Of a stretch of DNA of 64,000 nt, positions 53,035-62,413 are shown one piece after another. The translations under genes were made by a program, and so were the position numbers. The notes under the pieces were generated by a model that was not told the DNA's origin, ran no database searches, and saw nothing but the letters and a program-made list of their open reading frames with translations. The stretch is from Antedon mediterranea (Eukaryota > Animalia > Echinodermata): positions 2,361,788-2,425,787 of the forward strand of contig NC_092676.1 of assembly GCF_964355755.1 (NCBI RefSeq). The letters run 5' to 3'. The stretch's first letter is position 1. Every line of letters begins with the position of its first letter.

Positions 53035-53894
53035 AGACTTATATTATTTAGTTTTAATGCAATTTCAATTTATTTATTCAAATATCGAAGCACAATAAAA
53101 AAAGCAAGAATGGTTATTGTATACAGGGAAATCGTAACATGATATAAACATTACAGAAGTACATCCTACTGAAAAGCAAAAATGGAATTTTAACATTTCT
53201 TACATTTAACATGCGTTACAAATCCATATACTACATAATGATATTATGATTATAGAATATTAATAGGCCTTCTGTATAACATTAAGGACCTTGATGTTCA
53301 AGACTTATATTATTTAGTTTTAATGCAATTTCAATTTATTTATTCAAATATCGAAGCACAATTTCAAATTATTATTTAGTTTTAATGCAATTTCAATTTA
53401 TTTATTCAAATATCGAAGCACAATAAAAAAAGCAAGAATGGTTATTGTATACAGGCAAATCGTAACATGATATAAACATTACAGAAGTACATCCTACTGA
53501 AAAGCAAAAATGGAATTTTAACATTTCTTACATTTAACATGCGTTACAAATCCATATACTACATAATGATATTATGATTATAGAATATTAATAGGCCTTC
53601 TGTATAACATTAAGGACCTTGATGTTCAAGACTTATATTATTTAGTTTTAATGCAATTTCAATTTATTTATTCAAATATCGAAGCACAATAAAAAAAGCA
53701 AGAATGGTTATTGTATACAGGCAAATCGTAACATGATATAAACATTACAGAAGTACATCCTACTGAAAAGCAAAAATGGAATTTTAACATTTCTTACATT
53801 TAACATGCGTTACAAATCCATATACTACATAATGATATTATGATTATAGAATATTAATAGGCCTTCTGTATAACATTAAGGACCTTGATGTTCA
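53035..53894. repeat. Tandem triplication of a 266-bp unit covering the last codons, stop and 3' flank of gene C
   Basis: Units 53035-53300, 53301-53628 (with an internal ~62-bp extra) and 53629-53894, each ending in taaggaccttgatgttca. Confidence 0.92.
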
Positions 53895-55336
53895 TTTTCA
53901 CACTCCTTGTTATCGAGTTTGTTTAATACAAAATAAAGATGTGCTTCATCTTGTACCCCTTCCTCTTTATAATCCATCCCTTCATTGGCACCCTCATGTA
54001 TCTCATTTTTAGAATCAGCCCCTCCAGTGGCACCCTCATGTATCTCATTTTTAGAATCATCCCCTCTAGTGGCACCCTCATGTATCTCATTTTTAGAATC
54101 ATCCCCTCCAGTGGCACCCTCATGTATATCATTTTTAGAATCGGCCCCTCCAGTGGCACCCTCATGTATCTCATTTTTAGAATCATCCCCTCCAGTTGGA
54201 CCCTCATATATCTCATTTTCACATTCCTTAAAATCTGGTTTGTTTACTTTGGAATATACATGTACCTTATTCTGTATGTGTTTTTCATTTGCGTTAGTAA
54301 TTGGTTCTGAATAGATTCCATCGTCATTGTCTATGCATTGGTATTCACTATCGTCAAATTTAGTTTCAACATTATTACTTATTTTACTCTCATTTTGATA
54401 GAATTGTTCACCAATTTCCTGATAATCCACTTGTGACACATCTTCTGTCACCTTAAAACCAACAGTTTTTGTATCTTCATTTTTAGAGTTAATCGTCGAC
54501 ATAGCTGCTTTTTTATGTTTTCGTTTTAAGCAAAATATGAACGTTGTTATTGCAAGAACACAAAATGTTAACAGTACAATCACAATGATCATTATTGAAG
54601 TATTTGCACCATTACTTTCATTGTCATTGTTTAATGGTTTGTAGTTGACAGTGATTGGGCCAACAGAGCAACTTTTTTTTTCATTTGTTCCAATTATTTG
54701 TGATTCACAAATATAAATTGCATTATTGTCTTCTTCTGTTACAATAAATGTGTGGTAAAGAGTTGATGATTCTACATATGAAGGCAAGATTTGTCCTTTT
54801 CCTGATTTCAAATTTGTTTGTATGTCTGAATTAGAATCAGCAAAACAGCCAAAAGTTAATGTTTGTCCAGATGTATAAACAGTCTCATTAAGTAAACAAA
54901 TTGGCTTATTAAATGTAGATTGATTAATTGTCACTTTTGACATAGCTTTGAATATCATATTTTCATTCTGTTTACTAGTTACAGAACACTGAAATAATTT
55001 TGTAATAGTGTCGTCATCCTCAAAATCAATCAAGTTGCTTTCTGGTATAACAATATGTAGAGTAAAGTTATTGTCCTCACCAAGGATTGAGAATTGCAAG
55101 TTGTCAAAAATCCGGATTATGCGTTCTCTATCTTGTGTAATTACTTCTTTTTTGTTGTTATTATTTGTCCTTATGGAAAACCAAATAACTTTTTGGTCTG
55201 TATAATTGTTTGCTATGACACATGGCAGTGTAACATTTTGTCCAGGGTATGCTGTTACTTCTTCTGGTGGTTTAACGTCAAACTGTGCTGCAACAAATGA
55301 TATAAATAACAAAACAAGTAAACTCACAATAGACAT
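53876..55336 (-). CDS. IgSF type-I membrane receptor C (2 Ig-like domains, B-type TM/tail with 14-aa repeats), 486 aa
   Basis: Uninterrupted ORF. Signal peptide MSIVSLLVLLFISFVAA, then Ig1 and Ig2 but no Ig3. TM and tail are homologous to gene B. A 42-bp repeat array encodes SKNEIHEGATGGxD. Confidence 0.88.
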   Translation of the reverse strand: MSIVSLLVLLFISFVAAQFDVKPPEEVTAYPGQNVTLPCVIANNYTDQKVIWFSIRTNNNNKKEVITQDRERIIRIFDNLQFSILGEDNNFTLHIVIPESNLIDFEDDDTITKLFQCSVTSKQNENMIFKAMSKVTINQSTFNKPICLLNETVYTSGQTLTFGCFADSNSDIQTNLKSGKGQILPSYVESSTLYHTFIVTEEDNNAIYICESQIIGTNEKKSCSVGPITVNYKPLNNDNESNGANTSIMIIVIVLLTFCVLAITTFIFCLKRKHKKAAMSTINSKNEDTKTVGFKVTEDVSQVDYQEIGEQFYQNESKISNNVETKFDDSEYQCIDNDDGIYSEPITNANEKHIQNKVHVYSKVNKPDFKECENEIYEGPTGGDDSKNEIHEGATGGADSKNDIHEGATGGDDSKNEIHEGATRGDDSKNEIHEGATGGADSKNEIHEGANEGMDYKEEGVQDEAHLYFVLNKLDNKECENEHQGP

Positions 55337-56090
55337 CTTGTAGTACTAAAATATTTTCCAGTTATAACAGGTTTCAAATTGTTGTATCAACTTTATATTC
55401 TTGTGCTATCCAGCTAAGTAGTTTCTTTCCAGTTGTAACAAATTCTGAATTGTTGTATCAACTTTATATTCTGTCCAGCTAAGTATTTTTTATTAGCTTT
55501 TCTTCCACAACTTTTGATAAAATAAATATGATCCGAATGCTTGATTTATGTTCCCTTGAAGACAACTAGATTTAGTAACCTATCGTCTGTCTTTAATACT
55601 TGTTATAATAACCCATGTAGGTTGTTGATCCTCAGCACAACTTGTTATGTTTCCTTTTATTCTGTTTTTACAAGATCTTTCTTGTTAGTAACATCATAGA
55701 TATTGATATAACAATATCCTGTATTACTTACAATTCCTGTTATTCTTATATCACCACATTCACACCTAGTTTTACTATTAATAAGAATTTATCAGTATAC
55801 CAGTGATGCATTGTGGGATTTTTTTCATGACTTCCTATATTAAAACTAAAGATATTAATTTTTCAAAATTTATCCTTATTTTAATTTGTGACATTAAATT
55901 CAATGACTATATCAAATTGTTGTAAATTAATTATCATCTTGGTTATAATAAACATAACATGTGGGACTGTATCTTGATGGTTTAATAACATGCTTGCTTT
56001 CCATAAGGTGTTTGGTTCAAACCTGCCAGGGTTGTAACTTATCACCTGTGATCTTAGATTTTTAATTCCTTCCTGAAATTGATTTTTGTT
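55337..56090. repeat. Duplicated upstream region of gene C (near-identical to the gene D upstream region 59454-60170; partial copies at about 61398-61630 and 62600-62706)
   Basis: Direct sequence match by eye, for example ttgtagtactaaaatattttccagttataacagg...gatccgaatgcttga...gttgttgatcctcagcacaacttg...attcacacctagttttac. Confidence 0.9.
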
Positions 56091-57347
56091 TTGCAATGAT
56101 TGTTTTCAGCTATTTTGTCAATAAACATTCTTTATGTATTAATGTTTGGTTTGTAGCTGATATTTTTGTTCTAGACTAAATCGTTCGGAATTTGTTATAG
56201 AGATACTTTGTTTTTTGAACGGAGTGAAAATAGAAAAGATTTTAAATTTTGGTTTTCTTTGTTGTCAGTATATCGGACTTCAACCACTGTACATTATTTA
56301 TATGTCAGATTTTATTATGTTTTAGGGAAAAATACTTCTTCCGTGACTATAAGGAAGAGAAAAAAAAAATTCATACGGTAGTGCAATAACATAAAATAAG
56401 GAGTGGTTGCGGTATTTTTTGTAATAAATGCTCCTTTTGTTTGACTATATACAAGGAAGGGAAAAAATAATATATTCATAGTGCAGTAACATAAAAAAGG
56501 ATTTGATTGCGATATTTTTGTAAGAATAAATTCTTGTTTTGTATGATTATACAAGGAAGGAAACACAAAACGAATGCATAGCACAAATTCAAAGAAGGGA
56601 GTGTTTTTTAAATAATTCATAAATAAATACATATACTGTACTCATTTTATTGTTGATCAGACAAAAAGGCATTGCAACAAATACGATATTGAAGTGATAC
56701 AAATTATAGCTAAATCTTAAAAGTGTATTGCTTGTGAGAAGTTTAAAAAAATGTTTGATAACGATGAGCTGCAGTTTATTTCATTTAGATTCAATTTATA
56801 AAAAATTCAATTAATAATAAAATAAGTTTTTGTTAAATTAATACAAATATTATTTACAGTTTCTATACATCTTACTTCTTAATGTATATGCCAACTCTCC
56901 CAACACCAGGATGAGGATCTTAAGGTTCAAATGATATTACATTCTTTTCCACTATGGGAAATACATTCTGAAAACCAAACATTTTTCCAGCAGACGAGCA
57001 TGTCCATTATTGAGCATAATTTATTATTATTAAACAATATGTATAACACTAATTTTAAACTCGGTATTATTAAAGTTATTCAAATACTGTGTTATTTTAG
57101 AGATTCCAACTTTACATAACTTTTATCATCTGATGATGTATTTTAAAATATCACTATTTCTTTAATTATTCTGTACATAGAACACATTTTGAAATGTTCA
57201 TTGGATTGGCAAGTAGCAATATTTTTCAAAAACAGTTATTAAAGTGTTTTAAAGAAGAGTTGTATCAATGCATGTTTAATATGCTGTGAGATACAGTATT
57301 CAAATGTTTATTCTTAAAGTTTTTACAGCATTTGTATAGTTGTCATT

Positions 57348-59453
57348 TTAATTATTGGCACAATGTCTACTAGGTGTGGATGTGTTTTCTACACTCAGAT
57401 CAGCAACATGTTTTGTGACATCTTCTTTGTCATCAATGATTTCTAGATATGGTTCATCATCACATTCAGTTCCTGTAGGTTGTTGTGGTTTCCTTACGTG
57501 AGGATTATTGGCATAATATCCACTAGATGTGGATGTGTTTTCAACACTCAGATCAGCAACATGTTTTGTGACATTGTCTTTGTCATCAATGATTTCCAGA
57601 TATAGTTCACCATCACATTCAGTTCCTGTAGGTTGTTGTGGTTTCCTTACGTGAGGATTATTGGCACAATCTCTACTAGGTGTGGATGTGTTTTCTACAC
57701 TCAGATCAGCAACATGTTTTGTGACATCTTCTTTGTCATCAATGATTTCCAGATATAGTTCATCATCACATTCAGTTCCTGTAGGTTGTTGTGGTTTCCT
57801 TACGTGAGGATTATTGGCACAATCTCTACTAGGTGTGGATGTGTTTTCTACACTCAGACCAGCAACATGTTTTGTGGCATCTTCTTTGTCATCAATGATT
57901 TCCAGATATGGTTCCTCTTCACATCCAGGTTCTTTAAGTTGTTGTTTCCTGACACAAGGATTATTCACATAAACTGCACTAGGTGCGGATGTGTTTCTTA
58001 CACTCAGATCAGGAATAACACCACATTTTGTGTCGTCTACATTTTCATCATTGATTTTAAGATATTGTTTATCATATGCAGATCCTGTGGGTTGTTGCCC
58101 TGTATTATTAGATGTACTTGCTAAAATCTTTTTGTCATCTTGTTTTCCGTTAATAATTTCAATGTAAGGTTCATCACATACAGTCTCTTGTTGCCATGTG
58201 AGTTCACCATCAATAGTGGTTATGTATGCTGATGTATCTGGATTGATCCCTATGTCAATTGGTGGAATAGTTTCATAAGCTGTTGCCTTTTCATTTCCTG
58301 AATGATTTTGTCTGATAAGTTCTTCTGGTGCGTTGTTTTGATCTTGTCCTCTACCACTCCCCTCGACTATGACTGTGTCATCATATTCAGTATTAATGTT
58401 TTGTTCCTTTTTATATTTATAGTAGCAAAGCACAGTTGCAACAATGATGATAAAAGTTAAAACAACGCATAATAGGATCTTATAAATTCTGGCACTGATT
58501 GATTCTTCATCATTATTGTTTAACAATGGAATTATAATTGACTTGGAATCTTTTCCCAAAATATTCTCTGCTTCACACGTTATGTCAGAACCAAACTTTG
58601 GCAATTTAATAAATTTCAAAATCCCATTTGAAATAGTAAAGTGATCTTCTGGAACACTAGATTTCACAATCCAGACTGTTTCATTAACTGATGGTCTAGC
58701 CTCTGCAATACAGTGGTATTCCAGTGGATTCACTTGTATGATGTTAATCTCTGGTTTATAGTTGACAGTGATTGGGCCTACAGAGCAATTTCTTGTTTCA
58801 TTTGTCCCAATTATTTGTGATTCACAAATATAAATAGCATTATTATCTTCTTTTTGTACAGTAAATGTATGATAGGAAATGAATGATTCTAAAGATGTCG
58901 GCAAGATTTGTCCTTTTCCTGATTTCCAATTTGTATTAATGTTGTCACCATCAGATTGTGAAAGACATTGAAAGGTTACAATTTGTCCAGATGTAAACAT
59001 AGTCTCATTAGATAAACAAGTTGGCTTATTGAATTTATGAATTATCACTTTGGAATTAGCATTTAATAACATATTGTTATCGCCTTGTTTACTAGTTACT
59101 GAACACTGAAATGGTTCTGTAATAGTGTCATCATCTCCAAAATCAATCTTGTTTCTTTCTGGTATAATAATATGTAAAGTAAAGTTATTGTCCTCACCAA
59201 GGAGAGAGAATTGCAAGTTGTCCAAAATCTGGATTATGCGTTCTCTATCTTGTGTAATTACTTCTTTTTTGTTGTTATTATTTGTCCTCATGGAAAGCCA
59301 AATTACTTTTTGATCTGTATAATTGTTTGCTATGACACATGGCAGTGTAACATTCTGTCCAGGGTATGCTGTTACTTCTTCTGGTGGTTTAATCTCAAAC
59401 TGTGCTGAAACAAATGATATCAATAACAAAACAAGTAAACTCACAATAGACAT
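57348..59453 (-). CDS. IgSF type-I membrane receptor D (3 Ig-like domains, distinct TM/tail with 51-aa repeats), 701 aa
   Basis: Uninterrupted ORF. The N-terminus is nearly identical to gene C and Ig3 is homologous to gene B. TM is ILLCVVLTFIIIVATVLC-YYKYKK. The tail has EPYIEI, VYVNN and four 153-bp repeats carrying E[PL]YLEI. Confidence 0.88.
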   Translation of the reverse strand: MSIVSLLVLLLISFVSAQFEIKPPEEVTAYPGQNVTLPCVIANNYTDQKVIWLSMRTNNNNKKEVITQDRERIIQILDNLQFSLLGEDNNFTLHIIIPERNKIDFGDDDTITEPFQCSVTSKQGDNNMLLNANSKVIIHKFNKPTCLSNETMFTSGQIVTFQCLSQSDGDNINTNWKSGKGQILPTSLESFISYHTFTVQKEDNNAIYICESQIIGTNETRNCSVGPITVNYKPEINIIQVNPLEYHCIAEARPSVNETVWIVKSSVPEDHFTISNGILKFIKLPKFGSDITCEAENILGKDSKSIIIPLLNNNDEESISARIYKILLCVVLTFIIIVATVLCYYKYKKEQNINTEYDDTVIVEGSGRGQDQNNAPEELIRQNHSGNEKATAYETIPPIDIGINPDTSAYITTIDGELTWQQETVCDEPYIEIINGKQDDKKILASTSNNTGQQPTGSAYDKQYLKINDENVDDTKCGVIPDLSVRNTSAPSAVYVNNPCVRKQQLKEPGCEEEPYLEIIDDKEDATKHVAGLSVENTSTPSRDCANNPHVRKPQQPTGTECDDELYLEIIDDKEDVTKHVADLSVENTSTPSRDCANNPHVRKPQQPTGTECDGELYLEIIDDKDNVTKHVADLSVENTSTSSGYYANNPHVRKPQQPTGTECDDEPYLEIIDDKEDVTKHVADLSVENTSTPSRHCANN

Positions 59454-60170
59454 CTTGTAGTACTAAAATATTTTCCAGTTATAACAGGTTCTGAATTATT
59501 GTATTAATTTTATATTCTTGTGCTATCCAGCTAAGTAGTTTCTTTCCAGTTGTAACAAATTCTGAATTGTTGTATCAACTTTATATTTTGTCCAGCTAAG
59601 TATTTTTTATTAGCTTTTCTTCCACAACTTTTGATAAAATAAATATGATCCGAATGCTTGATATATGTTCCCTTGAAGACAACTAGATTTAGTAACATAT
59701 CGTCTGTCTTTAATACTTGTTATAATATCCCATGTAGGTTGTTGATCCTCAGCACAACTTGTTATGTTTCCTTTTATTCTGTTTTTACAAGATCTTTCTT
59801 GTTAGTAACATCATAGATATTGATATAACAATATCCTGTATTACTTACAATTCCTGTTATTCTTATACCACATTCACACCTAGTTTTACTATTAATAAGA
59901 ATTTATCAGTATACTGGTGATGCATTGTGGAATTTTTTTCATGACTTCCTATATTAAAACTAAAGATATTAATTTTTCAAAATTTATCCCTATTTTAATT
60001 TGTGATATTAAATTGGATGATTATATCAAATTGTTGTAAATTAATTATCAACTTGGTTATAAAAACATAATATGTGGGACTGTATCTTGATGGTTAATAA
60101 CATGCTTGTACCAGGGTTGTAACTCATCACCTGTGATCTTAGATTTTTAATTCCTTCCTGAAATTGATTT
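59454..60170. repeat. Duplicated upstream region of gene D (copy of 55337-56090)
   Basis: Colinear high-identity match to the gene C upstream region, including a shared SINE remnant that is internally deleted in this copy. Confidence 0.9.
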
Positions 60171-60533
60171 TGTTCTCATTTTATTTCTCTCTCTCTCTAT
60201 CAGATAGTAAATATATGATATGAAATTGATTACGATGATTATGAAAAAGCTAAACATAATGGTTTAAGATTTAATCATTTTTTGAACAAATTTTTTGCCG
60301 TAGTTAACTCAATGAAATTGTAGGCATATTGCTCTGTAGCTTCTTATTGCTGTATAGCAACCATGGCAACATGTTGTGTTGACAGCGGTATATTGATGTC
60401 CATATCTTATGTATGATATAAAGTTTGCGGTACATCAAATATATGGTTCTGAAAAAAACTGTTGAGTTTCTTGACGTTTCGATCAATTTAGTAAGTATGT
60501 TGCAGTTCCTGTAGTCCATGCAATATAGTGTCC

Positions 60534-60846
60534 ATATCTTGTTACGCTATGTGTAACACCTTGTTATACTATGTGTAACGAACGTGTAACATCTTGTTAC
60601 GCTATGTGTAACATCTTGTTACGCTATGTGTAACATCTTGTTACGCTATGTGTAACATCTTGTTACGCTATGTGTAACATCTTGTTACGCTATGTGTAAC
60701 ATCTTGTTACGCTATGTGTAACATCTTGTTACGCTATGTGTAACATCTTGTTACGCTATGTGTAACATCTTGTTACGCTATGTGTAACATCTTGTTACGC
60801 TATGTGTAACATCTTGTTACGCTATGTGTAACATCTTGTTACGCTA
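60534..60846. repeat. 22-bp minisatellite with an internal palindrome (GTAACA-tct-TGTTAC), about 12 perfect plus 2 degenerate units
   Basis: Unit GCTATGTGTAACATCTTGTTAC, period 22 (60601, 60623, 60645 ...). Confidence 0.95.
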
Positions 60847-61213
60847 TTCCTCTTCTTTCAGCAACAATGGTATCGTCATAGTCCAGCTTTTCATCATCTC
60901 TTAATATTTGATTATCTCTTCTGACATTTTCTTCTGGTACTTGGTATCCATCTTCCTGTCTTCCTCTTCTCTCAGTGGCTTGATTTCTCTTATACTTGCA
61001 GTAGCAAAGCACAATTGCAACAACAATAAAAACAGTTCCAAAAACACTTGAGAGGATAAAGTAAACTATAGGTATATCACTGTCAGACTCGGTTTTTATT
61101 TCTTTCTCCTTTTTGTTGAACAATGAAATGATCGATGACATTGATTTTTCTGCGAATGAAGACTCTATGAACAACAAAATCGGTATCCACACAATGCAAG
61201 AGTTTTTGAACAT
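60839..61213 (-). CDS. Ig-less derivative E of the receptor family (B-type signal peptide, short stalk, D-like TM, truncated tail); possibly a pseudogene
   Basis: The ATG at 61213 gives MFKNSCIVWIPILLFIESSFA (near-identical to gene B), then about 25 polar residues, TM IPIVYFILSSVFGTVFIVVAIVLC-YCKYKR and a tail with GYQVP and DYDDTIV (gene D has EYDDTVI). The stop codon lies in the adjacent 22-bp minisatellite. Confidence 0.6.
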   Translation of the reverse strand: MFKNSCIVWIPILLFIESSFAEKSMSSIISLFNKKEKEIKTESDSDIPIVYFILSSVFGTVFIVVAIVLCYCKYKRNQATERRGRQEDGYQVPEENVRRDNQILRDDEKLDYDDTIVAERRGIA

Positions 61214-62009
61214 CTTGATAGATTTAAAAAACAACAAATTCCTGTTCATTAATGTTTGAAAAGATTTCTTGCAGATAATGTAATAATAATAATTATAGTA
61301 AGTATTTGATTGTTCTTATATTCCTGTACTTCCAATTATGCACATCCCCAGTTGCATTGCAGTTATATAGTTCATGATAACTTTATATTCTTGTCCAATG
61401 CTTGATTTATGTTCCTTAGAAGACAACTAGATTTAGTAAAATATCGTCTGCCTGTAATACATTGTTATAATATAACCCATGTAGGTTGTTGATCCTGAAT
61501 ACCTAGTCAGAAGAATTTGTTATGTTTCCTTTTATTCTGTATTACTTAGCTAATTCCTGTTATTCTTATACCACATTCACACCTAGTTTTACTATTAATA
61601 AGAACCAGTGATGCATTGTGGGATTTTTCAAGGCTTCATGATAGTTATTTGAAAAGAAAATTTAATTAAAATTAATGAAAAGTATTGCACAGAAGAGTTA
61701 CAACAACCAAGAGAACAAAATAATATCCACAATTACCAAATTTAATTTGTTATTAAAACTATTAAAATTATCTCTAACACTGTTTTAGTTAGGCTATTAT
61801 ACACATAGCACAGGTATTTCAATATTTATTCAGTTAATTTGTTGAGTGTAGACGGCCAGATGTAGGATTTGATTGTAGAGTGCATTTGATAATTTGCACA
61901 CCTAGATTCTTTTTTTTCTTAGTTTTCCAAAAACCAAACATGTTCCTGGAATGCAGTAACTGTGTGATGGTTGAATATTTCTTTTATTCTATATTTATAC
62001 AGTACATGA

Positions 62010-62164
62010 TTGAGTAAACAAATTGTTACTATCTGTCTTGTTTTTTGCCCAAAGAGGGCGCTCTTCATTGAAATTCATACAAATGCTTGAGTAAACAAAT
62101 TGTTACAATCTGTCTTGTTTTTTGCCCAAAGAGGGCGCTCTTCATTGAAATTCATACAAATGCT
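62010..62164. repeat. 78-bp tandem duplication
   Basis: ttgagtaaacaaattgttac...gcccaaagagggcgctc...catacaaatgct occurs twice. Confidence 0.85.
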
Positions 62165-62286
62165 CAAATCAGTTACCCGTTATCAGTTTTCAGATAGCAA
62201 ATTTGCATCTATTAAAAAAAAGCTTAATATTTTCCTATTTAATTAATATTTATACACACTACACAATATTTTCCCTTATTAAGGAA

Positions 62287-62413
62287 TCCTCATATATCTC
62301 ATTTTCACACTCCTTGTAATCTGGTTTGTTCACTTTGGAGTAAACTTCCTCTTTAGAATCAGCCCCTCCAGAAAAATGAAATATATGAGGTCCCCCTCGT
62401 GTATCTCATTTTG
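62287..62413 (-). pseudogene. Relic fragment of a B/C-type receptor tail
   Basis: The reverse strand reads GGADSKEEVYSKVNKPDYKECENEIYE and QNEIHEG, separated by a short inverted NEIYE segment. No TM or ectodomain is adjacent. Confidence 0.72.

Noticed and set aside
45152-59453. Calling the tail motifs canonical ITAMs or ITIMs
   Set aside because: Tyr spacing (mostly 8 residues, ending in YxxP/G) does not fit YxxL/I-x6-8-YxxL/I, and the YxxV motifs mostly have His or Gln at -2 rather than S/I/V/L.
60534-60846. Palindromic 22-bp repeat as a CRISPR array
   Set aside because: The units are head-to-tail with no unique spacers, there are no cas genes, and the context is eukaryotic.
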